Below are positions 1 through 13,112 of a stretch of 64,000 nucleotides of DNA, one piece after another. The stretch is from Styela clava. Taxonomy: Eukaryota. The DNA lies in the NCBI RefSeq assembly GCF_964204865.1, contig NC_135260.1, forward strand, positions 14,570,001 through 14,634,000, read 5' to 3'. The position numbers were made by a program, and so were the translations under genes. The notes under the pieces are model-generated. The model worked only from the letters and a program-made list of their open reading frames with translations, had not been told where the DNA came from and did no database searches. Each line of letters opens with the position of its first letter. The stretch's first letter is position 1.

Positions 1-1253
1 AATTATAACGTATTATAACACCATTCTGTAGGCTGTGTTGTCAACTCTCGATCTATATGGTCTTGTACAATAGAGGTCAGGAAACATCCCGAATTCATGA
101 AATGGAAAGTTGCGGCATAGGTTAGTTATTAGATGGTTGGCTTCGCGATGATAGGACAGCTGGCCTATTGTTCCCGCTTTGATTGGCTAGCCGTGGGCTA
201 GTTTTCGTAGCCATCAAAACCAGATGTATGGTAATATGAATGGATTTGTCAGTTAGGAGGGCAGGAAAAAAGAGAAATGGAAATCAGCGAGGCACGAGGA
301 AAATAAATTAAGATGAAAAATGTGAATGGGATGAAAAAATCAAAATCGAGTCTGGCTCATTGATAGGTAACGTACGTTGCAAAATAAAGCAACTCAGCGT
401 GTATTACCAAGTTCCACGTTCAAAGAATTTGTAAATCCAGTAGCGAGGCAAGGAAAATTAGGATGGGAGATGAGAATAGGGAAAAATCGAAGACGCCCAT
501 GTCGGTCGATCAGTAAAATCAGCGAGCGGCCCAGAGAAAAAATTAAGATGAAATAAAAGATAATTGATAAATAATAACGATCAGCGATAGGCCCATGGCA
601 AATTCAGTAAAAATGATGTTTTATTATCTACATGTTTCTCACGAACATGAAAAAAATAATATATTCTTATATATATGTGCATCGGAGAAAAAAGATCATG
701 GTGAATATTATCAATGACAATGAGGCCTAGCTTTTTTGTGATTTTGGAGTAAGCGTCAGAAGCACTCAAGAACGAATATTATAACTTCCAATAATTTTCC
801 AGAAACTGATGTCGTCAGAAAATCTTGGAAATACAGAAATTATATGTATAGTAAAAATTTGTTGACACGATGCGATTATCACTTTTTTATGTTATTGGAC
901 TAAAACATAGAAAAAGCTTTCAATTTTGCGGGACAAATGTCATAATATAGCGGTGTATTTTAACAAATAAATATGTGCTCCTTGTTCTCAAAACTGACAG
1001 AATAGGTTTGCTTGGTGGCAGAAGGAAAAAAATTATCCATTGAACAGATGAGATGGAGAGCGACGAAAATACCGCCGACCATAACAGAAGTTAAACCAAT
1101 GAAGTACACAAATCCAAGCTCTGTGAGTTAGACAGAGAAGCATCCTAAAAACAGGTCAGGTAAGCAGAAGTGCTAAGATCTTCCAACAATAATGAAATCT
1201 ACAACACTGAGAATGCATAAGTCAAAAACTTGTCTATGCACACGACCCCAAAG

Positions 1254-1590
1254 ATAGCATAAGCAAAGAGAACAATGAAAAAAGAGAAAATCTAGCTCCG
1301 CCATCATACCTTTTTATGCTTATCCTTCGAAGGCTTCTTTTTGCGAGAAACTTTTTCACTTGAAGTTTCTTCTGTTTGCGGAATGTCGCTTCCGACTTTT
1401 GCTTTCTTTTTAAATTTCATTATTTTTACCCCATGATCATAGGAATTTTAAATCCAGCGCCTGTATTTTAGACTGGCGTGAATTTGGGTGATTTTAATGA
1501 ATTAAATTATTAATATTATTACGTCACAGTACATTGTAGCACGAGATATTTACGCCGAATAATAGCATAACTTGAAACTTCCGGCGTTTG
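1254..1590 (+). repeat. Dispersed direct repeat, copy 1 (copy 2 at ~5409-5758)
   Basis: Long near-identical blocks, e.g. CTTGAAGTTTCTTCTGTTTGCGGAATGTCGCTTCCGACTTTTGCTTTC, in both copies. Confidence 0.85.
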
Positions 1591-2974
1591 TTGCTCATAT
1601 AGCAAGAAGCTCACTCAAGTTATGGTTTCGATTTTTAATGTTGAATTCATTATCTAATAGAATTATGTACATATGAGTACATATGTATTGTACTGTACAT
1701 ATGTACATATAATTTTCATCGAAACATTTAAAAGATTGTTGGTAATGATATTTCCCCGACTCCTAACCCATTCACTTTATACCATTGCAAAATGAGGAGT
1801 GTTTTGAAGATTTGACACTCACAAATTGATTTACATGCTCAAAATCATTACTTTTGAATAAATATACAACCACGTGCCGCTTACAGGTACTGATAGCTGA
1901 TTTCAATCTAGTATATATATCGCAGCTTTTCCGGGACGAATATTTGACGAACAAATAAGACGCAAAACGCCGGAAACGAGGCAATGTTTACAACCATGCT
2001 TGAATATCTGTCTGGGCGAACGAAGTGTCTGAACGGCAGAAAAATTATAATTCATCGTTGACTTTTTGCTGATTGTGAATCGTCACAGAGATAAACAAGG
2101 AAGTCGACGCTTGGAGAAACACCCATTCAACACAATTCCCATAAACAAATTTGTGAAGCAATGTACATCACCACCATGACGTTATATACGAAATCAAACA
2201 TCTGTGCAGCAATTTGTATTCGAGTATTCACGACAACTGGAGTGCTCAATGGCTTCGTGACACATTTCAAAAATCCCTCGGAAGAATGCGGTTTAGCAAT
2301 ACATAGCAGGTATTGCAGGGCCAGATCATGTCTTTCGGGTGTCGTAAACACTTGAGACTTCGATGCCCTATATACAGTGCTTAATTAACCATTAACCAAA
2401 ATAAGAACCTACTTTGGGCACCATCGAATTTTCTATACACAACCTGCAATAGAATCCCAAGGAATGCATTTATAATATAATGGAAAACTGCTTGACCATA
2501 GTCTTTAAATTGATTAGACCAGTATTTAATCAGAATCGGGCCTCAGTGTATGATCAGAATGAATAGAAATGTACATCGCACACGCACGACGCAAGTTACT
2601 GCGTTTCATATTTAGTGCCTGCGGTAGCATGTCACGGGCAAATGAACCACAAATGTAAAACGGGATATCATGGAATATTCACACATTCAATTCTTAAATT
2701 AAAGCAGCGCAACACAATAGTCCCAGACGAACGGTATTTATAGAGGCATGATACCTGCTTCGGATAAACTCCGTATGTTTGATGTAATTTTTTCGAGGTT
2801 ATTGGCCTCGTCGTGGGCTGTCCGGCGTGACGTTGTTAATTAAGTTAGATTCTGATACAATCGCCCTCGTCAGTAGCAGTGGCTCAGGGGAAACGTAGGG
2901 ACATGGTCAAACATCAGGCAAAGTAAGACAGTAGGTTCGAGCCCCGCAAGCTAGACTGAGTTGTAGGGATGGGC

Positions 2975-3580
2975 CAGCAGACAAGACAGGCGGTCGAGAT
3001 AGGAAAGGGATTCGGTGAGCAAGCGAGGATAACAGCCAAGGAGCGCAGAGATTGAAAGGCGGGCAGCCAAAACATGCGTCGCCATCCATGGAGGAAAGTG
3101 AGCCCAAGATCGAGCCAGTACAACAGCCAACAAACAAGTTAACAACGGAGATAAATGAACACCAGGGAGAGGTGCCAGCTGAGCTTCAAGGACAGTAGAC
3201 AAGACAAGAGGCGATCAAGCCAGAACAGCAGTCCTAAAGGAAATTTTTTTACACCCCGAGAGGCGAAACCGACAAGCAAAATAGAACAGCAACCAAAAAG
3301 AGCAGAAAAAAAGGCCAGTTACCATTTAAGGGAAAATATGAACCAGAGAGGCAACAGGTAAAACAACGGGGAGATAAATTAGCAGCAGAAAAAGGTGCTA
3401 GTTGAGCTGCAGTGATAGCAGACAAGACAAAAAGCGGTCAAGCCAGAACAGCAGCTCCAAAGGAAATTTCATAGACCCCGAGAGGCGAGGCCGACAAGCG
3501 AAATAGAGTAGCAACCAAGGAGAGCAGAAAGAAAGGCCAGTCGCCATGAAAGTGAAAATATGAACCAGAGAGGTAAACAG
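2975..3580 (+). repeat. Diverged ~220-bp tandem repeat, purine-rich on the + strand
   Basis: 3141-3359 and 3362-3580 align along their length (AGACAAGACAA..TCAAGCCAGAACAGCAG..CCCCGAGAGGCGA..ATATGAACCAGAGAGG); weaker copy at 2975-3140. Confidence 0.75.
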
Positions 3581-4939
3581 AGCTCAAGGTCAAGCCAGCG
3601 GGCAGTCCCACAAACCAACCGTCAGAAAAAAAATCAGAGCGGATAGACTTTATTAAATAGTGTAAAATCCACTCTTAAAGCAGATAAAATAAGAGCGATA
3701 AAATACGATGCTTACTCTGGGACAGCCAAAACCAAGAAGAGACCGACGCTGTGAACCCACAGCACAGTTCACATATGCAGTGGTGGTTGGAGTCGAGTAA
3801 CTGGATCCAACTATCGGGCGAATTAGGGCTCAGACTCCACACACCAAATCACCAATGCATATGCAATAACCAGACAAGAAATATAAATAAAATAATAAAC
3901 AATGAAAAAAGGACAATTCCAGTCCCGCCACATTCATTAGCAAGCGAGCAAAAAAGAGCAAGGATAACATGAACCAGAGAGGCCAAGCGGCAGTCAGACA
4001 TGGAATAAAAGAGGCAGCCCAGTCCAGGAACCGAGTAATTAGAAAGCGAGCGAGAAACCAGCAAAAGAGCAAGCGGCAGTCAGAGAGCGAGGCCCTGTCA
4101 GGACAGGGCGGATTTAAAGCGAGACCGCAGACATGAAAATGGAGATAAAAAGAACCACCAGCAGACAGGGGTAGGCCCCCGGAACAGGCAAGCAAGATCA
4201 GCAAAGAGTATTAAAAGAAAGTAACACCAGCAAAAGAGAGAGCAGACATGAAAGTGGACAAGGGGATCCAGGAGAATAATGACACGAGTTCTTTATATTT
4301 TACAGGCACGCATTTGGCATCAGTAAGAATCTCTTATGTTAGTGCAATATTGTCCCGGGGTTACATACGTCAGTGGACAAGTAGGCTATACGTCTAACAG
4401 TCCGACCCTGAACTCTATTCTATGAGTTATCATTTACACGTTTCTCAGGAACATTACGAAAATAATATAATATACTCTTCTACATATGTGCATTGAGGAT
4501 AAAAAAACTTAGCGAATAAGATCAATGCGGCAGGGTCCAAAACAAAACGTGACAGCCTTCTACACATCGTTAGATGCAAATGGATGTTCGGCATGAGACA
4601 CGGCTAAAGTGTGAGAGTATTGAACCACTAAGTTCAAATTACATAACCTGTGGTTAGTCGATGTAATAAATTGCTCATTCCGATAACCGTCTCTAATGAT
4701 GTAAAGGTCGATATTCTCCCGTTTTTTTTTTCAACTAGTAAATTCCCGAAGCATCATGCAGAAAAAAAAAGCCATACCGGCGACAGCACGAAGCGCAACA
4801 TTTTATTTTTTAAATCCGCTTTCGCGTGGCGATCGTCGGATCATGGGAAAGAGACGCCACCCATGCAACATAATAATAGTCTTATTAGAACAATAAACAC
4901 TCGTTGTTCATTAAATTTAAAGTGAGTAAACTCGCGATA

Positions 4940-5034
4940 TTTCGATCACTTTTGGGTTTTCTCCGACTTGCGGCCGGCGAGACCTCCTCAAAAGTTTTTG
5001 CGGTCCTTCAACCTAGCAACCTTGAACAACCCTG
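4940..5034. mobile_element. hAT-type MITE end fragment
   Basis: Ends in ...AACCTTGAACAACCCTG (reverse complement CAGGGTTGTTCAAGG), followed by AGGTAGAC (nnnTAnnn, Buster-like target). No partner end found. Confidence 0.4.
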
Positions 5035-5408
5035 AGGTAGACAACAAGGTACCGGTAAAATTCCAAACTACAGTTGTGACTTGTATCCTTTGGTATTGGT
5101 ATTTCGATTCACGTTGACACTGGAGGCATGAATCTTTATTGCCACACTCCCTCGGGATTAGTGATTCATTGTTTTTATGATTAAATTACACATGAGGGGG
5201 CACCAAAGGGGCCTAATCCGCCCCTGCATCTGGAATATGTAGGACAACTTATTCCATACAAGATATGGACTGTTACCAGACGAGAGGCGGTATTACCCCA
5301 TATGATTAAGTCGTCTTATCTACTCACCTCTCCTCTGAAATTATCTGCACCAGCGGATAATGCATACGTGAACCTCTATCTCTGGATACTGTTGCAAACG
5401 ACTTCCAA

Positions 5409-5758
5409 AATAGCATAAGCAAATGAAACAATAAAAAAGCGAAAATCTAACTCCGCTGTCATACCTTTTTAGTCCTGTCCTTCGAAGGCTTGTTTTTGCG
5501 AGAAACTTTTTTACTTGAAGTTTCTTCTGTTTGCGGAATGTCGCTTCCGACTTTTGCTTTCTTTTTCAATTTCATTATTTTTACCCCATGATCATAAGAG
5601 TTTTAAATCCAGCGCCTCTTATACAATAATGTATTTTAGACTGGCGTGAATATTTAGGCGATTTTAATTAATTAAATTATTAATATTATTACGTCACAGT
5701 GCATTTTATCAGGTGATATTAACGCCGAGTAATGGCATTTGTTAAATCTTCCGGCGTT
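5409..5758 (+). repeat. Dispersed direct repeat, copy 2 (copy 1 at ~1254-1590)
   Basis: Matches 1254-1590 with a short insertion (~5618-5630). Confidence 0.85.
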
Positions 5759-6204
5759 CTGGGCTCTTTTGGAAGAAGTACACTACATCGAAGATCCTAT
5801 TACCCAGCTCGGATAGCGTTGTAAACCATATTTGTTTGTTTTTGCACTCTCTTACTGGTGAAACAACAGAACTCCATCGAATCCACAAAACCGTTTCCCT
5901 GATCATAAATAAAAGTTGTACAAACGTGGTCATACGGACGGTACACATGTATTGGCCCAGATTTACCAACAAACTTTGAGAATAGAACAAAAAATAAATC
6001 TTGAACATGGGTCTGCACTGTATTTCACATATGGTTCAATGTACTTGAATATTTTGAATACTTGAAAAAAACAGCTCATAAAGAAAAATCCCTGAATTCG
6101 TCTTTCGTTTGTTTGATACACATTAATCTTGGAGAAATTGAGGATATCATTTCCTTTAAATATTTCAATCGCTTCAAGTTACACAGAGAATTGAAGAGAG
6201 GATG

Positions 6205-9200
6205 TCATGTTTGATCAAATACTCTTCTTTGATGACGAAGATCAGAATAATTATGTGACTGAAAGACCATAGCATGAAGAATGTAGGAAGGATCCACAGC
6301 TGAAAACAGAACTGAATTTAGGTATTGTACTTTGAATAAAGGAAAATGGTGTCCGAAATTTTAATACCGCAGATTTAACAGACAAAAAACAAACAGAAAA
6401 TGCAATTGACACAAACAAACACAAACACTGCAAGAGCAGGATAATTGAGAAGGCATTATTTTTTACATATACTGCCCCAAAGTAAAATACCAAATCCTCA
6501 TTAAGAAGCTGTGAGAACTGACGAGAGACAAACAACTTGGGTAAGCTCACTGTTATCATTTGCAGTCAGATGAAGGATTATTTGTCATTACAATCCTTGA
6601 CAATGTCGAAGAAATGGCTATGTTAGACACTCTGCTATGTTAACCAATCAAGCAATTATCGTAATTGCTCATACTTGCTCTACAGGATAGAGCTTGTTCA
6701 TATGAATATAGGATAAGCTCAAACATAACATAGCAAATGAACATTTTTTAAACAATATGAAAAGTAGTAAATACATACCATTACTTGCGAATATACTTGT
6801 ATGGCGAAGCCAATTTTTGAGCCAATATCTGTTTGCTTCTGTACTTAAATTTGCGCTATCGAGGCCTCTAAGAAAAGTGGCCTGGAAGGATAGAAAACAA
6901 AATCAAACAATAGCAATATCACTGCGCAGTGATCTTACAAGAATCACTCCCCTTCTAAGTCCTCAAGTAGAATGAAAGAATACTCGTCAGCAGAATGGCA
7001 TTACTGTGCTAATATAATTTATGATAGTCTTAATTCACTACTTGGTTCAAAATATAATTGACCAATTAAAATTTGAATAACCTGGAAAAGCTTAATCATA
7101 AATATAGGATTTCAGAGTAAATTCCCATTGTTCCTTTCTTCAAAATAGATAATATAATTTCACGAATGATAGTGAAAAAGAAACCCAAATATCTACATTC
7201 GAGAGTGGATTAACTATGACTTATGAACAGTGGTACATACCTCTTGCAGTTCATCTTCTGATAAATCATAAACGAGGTTTTCTCTTCTTAATTTTTCATC
7301 GAATTCAAGAATTAACTTCACTCGATGATGTAGATAATATCTCAACCAAGGTGATGGGAAATATTTCCATAGAAAGTTTATATGGCAAAATGAATGCTGT
7401 AAAAATTTCATAACATTAACTTAGTTGCTGTATAATCAGAGTAGCAAAAAAGGAAGTTTCCTTCTTAATTGCTTATGAAGCAAAAATGTAATCGGGTACC
7501 CTGACCATAGAACAATGATTTATAAATCCTGCAATATCCCGAATGTGCAACACAGATTTTTATTTATGATATAGTTATTGTAAAAATTTATGAAATCGTT
7601 TTTTTTTTATAAAACTACAATAAAGCATCTCTTGTGAAGTCTAGTTTTCTGCAAAAGTTTATGAATAGGATTTTGTTTTACGAGCCTAGCGACAATAAAA
7701 GCATCTCTTGTGAAGATAATTTCACCATACATATGAAACAACATCTGTGTAGACTTTAACATTATCCAAACAATATCTTCATCGAAAGCTACTTTTTATT
7801 AATATCAACAACGAACCAGGAGTACTGGCGGCAAGCCATCCAAACTTAGTGGATTTTCTATACTAGAACACCATTCTCGAAACTTCCTCAGATCATCATT
7901 GGTTGGGACCTTGGTTGAATCATTCACCTGAAAAATTTGTTTTAAAAGGCATTGTATGGCCACATAAAAAAAATGTAGTAGAAAACTTTTCTTTGAAAAC
8001 ATCTATTAATTGAACATATATGAAATAATTAAAGCAGTAGGTATTACTGAACTGTTCAAAATTTTTATAGAGACGCGCTGCTATAAATAACAATTCGTGA
8101 ATCTCAGTTTTGACGGACAACTCAAACGACATTAATGTGATGGATGTGGTTGCTTTTCACTGCACAATTTATCAATTCTCGAAGCAATTTGTGACAAGCA
8201 AACTCGTCGGTTCGACATGGCACGGGTTGACCTGTATTTTGTCATCAAGTTGGTAATATTTGAAAATGCTGCCTCACACATGTAGGTCATTGCAAAAAGC
8301 AATAAAATTTCAACAGCTTTTTCTGACAGCAATGGATATTCCTCCGCAACGCTCGACCAAAAAAATAGAGATTGATCAAATTCTTTTTATAGGACCCCAG
8401 TTTGGGAAACCCTGATATGCATAATCACAATAATACTCTTGTTCATCAATACAAACCAGTGTCAATAGATCTGTTAAAGCTCTCTGAAATGCTGCGCTAG
8501 GATGATTATCTTTAATGAAGTTCAGATGATGTAGTACGATTCCATGGTGAATTTTTCTATTCATATGCATATCAGTGAAAAAAATTTTCCGCTGCTTTTT
8601 ACTCCAGTAACAATGTGGTAAAAGATGTTGAGGAAATAGGGCGCTGAAAATTTGTAAATACAATGTATGTATGAAGATGTGAAGAACATTCAACTTTTCC
8701 AAATAGAGTCGCAGGACATAGCCTACTATACGATATATATTAAATTAATTTAGCCAATATGAATTATGGAATTCATTCAAAAACTTAGGTGTCCCATGTG
8801 AATATGTTATTAATACTTTATAAATAATTTTTCATTTCTAGTGTTTACTGTGGAATGGATGAGAACTTGTTACAAGAAGTCAGTTGTAATGAAAAGTTTT
8901 CACTTGTAAAAGAATTTTTTTTATCTTTTCTGTAAAAGTTGCCTTTCGACAAAAAAAATGATCACTTAAGTGCCAAATATCAAAATGTTGGTTTAATAAT
9001 ATTTCATGTTAAAATTTAATCATACCCATTTTTCAAATATGTTGCTGCTACAAAAGTTAATTCTTGAAACTATCCTCTTATATTATATATCCTACATATA
9101 GAATACCTTTGAGTTCGACAATACCATGCTAGACAAAAGTGCACGAAGATATGACTTAAATCATTTACTTCTAGTATAATAATATTTTCAAGTTCAACAG

Positions 9201-10653
9201 CAATTACAAGGATTAAACTTACACAGGAATAAAAACAATAACGATTCCCATTGGCAGTAGAAATAAAGGCAATAGAAATGATGTTTTCAGAAGACTGCCT
9301 TTGACCTGTTCAGGAAAAAAGACAGTGTAAGATCATATAAATAAAAATAAATGATGTACGAACTCGCTTTGATTTAGGGATACGGTTTTTCAAACAAACA
9401 GGAAATTGTGATGAAATACTATGAGTTTTAATTAACTTACATCAAACACAGCTTTATGTTCCTGATATGTTGTTTTGTAATTCGGCTGAAGTTTTCTTTT
9501 CTTGGAAACCGACCTCCATGTTCTGAAATCAGAAACTTGTCTATTGAAACCTGGAGTAAAAATGTTATTTCTGGACTTATCATTGAATATTCAATTTAAC
9601 ATTCAATATGATGGATGAAGAAATTCATGGTTGACCAACTGTTACAATGGAAATGAGTACAGCAGTCAACTTTGACATAAAAAACTGACAAGACACAAAC
9701 AACTTCTTATGTATTATGCTATAAGTTATTTATGCTATAAGTTAAATATGCTATCAAGTACCCAGGCTGATCATACAATATGCCTTATATGGGAAGGTCC
9801 AATAGGTACTCTGGGGACAATGGGTTGGAGGCAGGAGTTTGGCTTGTCAAAATTTCCATGCTTTTCAGCTTGCATGTCAGAAGTTAACTGAGAAGATGAA
9901 ATTATTTGAAACTATTTTGTAGTATTTCTTCGTTGACACAAAAAATTCAACCTTGACGAGAGTTATTCTAGTTGCTGCAAAGATATATTAAAAAAGGCCC
10001 TTTAGTGAGTAGGCCCAAATTTGACAGTTCATTATGTATTTTCATTTAGGATGGCAGGTATGCAAAGTACCACAATAGGTAGCCTAATATTGAAAACAGA
10101 TAAATCTGGCATTACAACATAGTCAGGACACGCGGACATGGAGTTTTAATTTCAAAGTTTAATATTTCAAATCGTAAGTATGAGAGTTGATGTAGTCATA
10201 GTATTAAAGCAACGACCAACCTCTTGAAACCAATGGTATTTGTGTCAAAAAATAAAAAAAATTATGTGTTCATACAATAATATGCTGATGTTAGTTGTCT
10301 AGTCTAGTTCTCTAATGCGAATTGACTTGATGTTAGTACAATATCTTATTACTAAAATAATGTCGACTTACCAGCTTACCTTTCAACATTTGTTCATAAT
10401 AGTTTTTCAGAAATGGCCATCGTTTTAGACTTGTCAAAACCAGTTTATTAAACTTTTCAGAAATGGTCTTTTTGGGATTTCTTTGGGGCGAATTTTTCCA
10501 TGATCCATGCGTATTCTTGTTCACAAAAGATTGCCCATTTGAAAATCGTCTGCACCCAGTACTCTGGTGGCTACCATTAGTAGTTGCCGCAACAAAATAC
10601 AATCCGTGAACATGAGTCTGCGGATCCAACTGAGACCTCAAAACTCTCAACAT
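6205..10653 (-). CDS. LETMD1: LETM1 domain-containing protein 1 (mitochondrial), 8 exons, 372 aa
   Basis: Exons 10653-10380, 9550-9441, 9305-9223, 8643-8457, 7927-7817, 7396-7241, 6881-6779, 6299-6205 (1119 nt), all AG/GT with matching phases. The protein starts with Arg-containing MLRVLRS (presequence-like) and has a hydrophobic segment FLLPLFLLPMGIVIVFIPV. Segments ALFPQHLLPHCYWSKKQ, FPSPWLRYYLHHRVKLILEFDEKL...LSEDELQEATFLRGLDS, NRYWLKNWL and SYILHAMVFQSHNY are colinear with human LETMD1 as recalled (YLFPRQLLIRHFWTPKQ; ACYLRGLNS; RTWLGEWL; SLLLHNVVLLSTNY). Confidence 0.9.
8132..8414 (-). mobile_element. Internally deleted hAT (Buster/Charlie, ZBED5/FAM200-like) transposon remnant in LETMD1 intron 4
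   Basis: TIR CAGGGTTTCCCAAACTGGGGTCC (8414-8392) lies next to the hAT dimerisation C-terminus FWSSVAEEYPLLSEKAVEILLLFAMTYMCEAAFS...TKYR...RIDKLCSEKQPHPSH*. Confidence 0.88.
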
Positions 10654-12689
10654 ATTTTTAAGATGACACTTACACAAAACTAGTATTACGCTTTCATAGG
10701 AACTGTAGACTACCAAAACAAGCACATTGAGGAAGAAACATCGACAGAAACTTATGCTGATTTGTAGCAAACTACTGACAAACAAGCCCAAAAGCACTCT
10801 GAACCAACGACCAGACGACCGTTTTCAGCAATGCAGTTTTCGAGAATGAGATATCTCGACCAAGTTCCAATTTGTAAAATGACATTTTTGAAAACTTTAC
10901 AGCAAAAATGTGGTTTAAGAACTTTAAAGTATAACTTGATATTTCCACCTCGCTAGTACGGTAGTGAACAAGTTCATGTTAGCAACGATACCGGTACCCG
11001 GTATACCAATATCTGAATATGGTACCGTACATTTGAACCCACGTACCGGTACCGCACCGGTACATTTAAACTCACGACAATTGCACCTGCATACTATTGC
11101 ACATATGGAATTTTTTTTTGTTTTGCGGATATTTGAACCCCTGGGTTTTAGCACCAGCATATAGATTGAACCCGCAGATATACCGTACCTAGCCTACGCA
11201 TGGGTTCAAATGCACGGTCACCTTCGGCTTCATCAGGCTTTCATTCTTCAAGAGTTGTACTCTTGCTTGAAACCATATACGCGAATTATGATGTTTCCAT
11301 AATGATGCTATGGACCTTTCCCCGACATTTGACCCTCGAAAAATTCTTCCTATTAGGCCGCGAGCCGAAGCCATTTATCTTTCAGTTTCGTAGCGCACAT
11401 AAGGTAACCTGAATATGATTTTAAAATGTTCCTTAGAAATTTAGTAACAAATATTGCCTTGTTCCCACTTCCAAAAGTTGCACCTTTTACAGAAAAGATG
11501 CTTTTACTACAATAAATATGTGTTAACATTCGTCCTATTTTCTCTGCTTTTCCGGTATCATGTGCAGACTTCTGCATGACGTAACAACCAAATTAGTCAG
11601 CTGTAAGTGGATCCCCCGTGGTCGTATGAATATCAGATGTACTACTGCTCGCTTTTGCGTTGAGTAGCCTTTCCATAGTTTTTTTTCAGTTATTATTAGG
11701 TCAGTTATTCTAAGGAGGTGTTGAAAAGTATAAGTAAGATATTAAACACTTGTATATCCTTACCATGAATAGCAATTTTAGTTGAACACTAGCTCATAAG
11801 ACGTTGTTAAATAGGTACGGTGCGGTAACTCCAAGGAAGGCTAGACCTAGAATAATATGTCACAAACAACGATATTTTCTGGCTTGCATGAAATGTTTAT
11901 GATAAATTTAATGACTCTTCTTGACTATTCAGCAGACTTATACTACTATATAGGCCACAGCATATTTGGAAATAGAAATTAATGGCTGTTTCTTTAATGC
12001 ACGGTTGTGTGAAAGAGAAGAAAATAATCAATTTTGGTAATGTCGGTTGGTCTAAATCTAAATTCATTAAGTCGACAAGAACCTGGGAAGCAATGATAAG
12101 TTATGCCGGAGTGGAAAGAAAAATAGCATTGGAAACGATTGAGAGGGGAGAAATCAAGTTGTAGACAGACAGTTGATGTTTTAAAATATAGTCTATAGTC
12201 CATAGTCCATACTCATACTGTCATAGGGCATTTCAGACTGTGATATATCAAAATTTCGTGTAGCTATAGTCTAGTAATGGTATGCAAACACTGCTGGACT
12301 GTAGTACATGCAATGAGCATATATACGCTCATTGAGTACATCAGATAAAATGCATTATGTATTCAAGGTATTAGTTAGTATTACTATTTAGTGGTATTTT
12401 TACACTCATGCTGTTCCAAATATGATTTTCTTCCTCATTTTAGATACTGTACTACAAAAGAAAACGGCAATGTTCCACCAATCCGACCTAACGCAGGCTC
12501 TGATCCCTACTGCTATCAGTGCTATAAAATGGATTAAACAAGAAGTCTTGAAGCGTAAAGGTATATGAGAATCATAATAGTTGCAAACAGCTTAGATGGG
12601 CTATTCATATTGAAATACTTTAGCACTTTTCTGCAGTTGGAACAGCCCATCAAACTCATGTTGGAGACTTCATTGAGGTTTTCAATTCA

Positions 12690-13075
12690 TTTTTTTCTCA
12701 ACTATGAAGATCTTTTGAGGTTAACGAGGCATTAATAAATAAAGCTGAGGAATTTGTTTGTTCACTGTATGAAGAAGATATGAAGAATGTAAATGATACC
12801 TGGGCACGTCTATTTAACACTGGCAAACATAAGGATTATACTCAACCACCCAACAATGATTCACTGGAGACGCATGTGGCCCTCAAATCAGTTCTTGAGT
12901 TGGCAAACTGCAAGTGTAAGAAAAGTAGTCAAAATAATTTATGCAAGTGTGCCAAAATCAACTTAAATTGCACAGATATTTGTTTTTGTATTGACTGCAA
13001 AATCACAGTACACTTTTAAAGGAAAAGTCGATTTTCGAGATAGTGGATTTCGAAAACAATTCAGAAGAAAGTGAA
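12690..13075 (+). pseudogene. Relic of Academ(X)-type transposase C-terminus (post-XPG region and Cys-rich finger)
   Basis: Frame reads EALINKAEEFVCSLY...VNDTWARLF...QPPNNDSLETHV, then SVLELANCKCKKSSQNNLCKCAKINLNCTDICFCIDCK; stops and deletions upstream. Confidence 0.65.
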
Positions 13076-13112
13076 TTAGATATTGCAGTTGATTTAATAA
13101 GTATCATTTATT

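Noticed and set aside
2907-4204. Several 68-124-aa ORFs in the purine-skewed block
   Set aside because: Low-complexity products of compositional skew and tandem repetition.
2375-5226. Possible large hAT MITE bounded by CAGTGCTTAATTAACC and TAATCCGCCCCTG
   Set aside because: The ends are poorly complementary and the 8-bp flanks do not match.
10924-11190. ORFs over the GGTACCGGTAC-rich tract
   Set aside because: Low-complexity palindromic repeats open frames on both strands; no protein signal.
11215-11240. Minus-strand CTGATGAAGCCGAAGGTGACC as a hammerhead ribozyme
   Set aside because: GACC replaces the required GAAA and no stems I/III were found.
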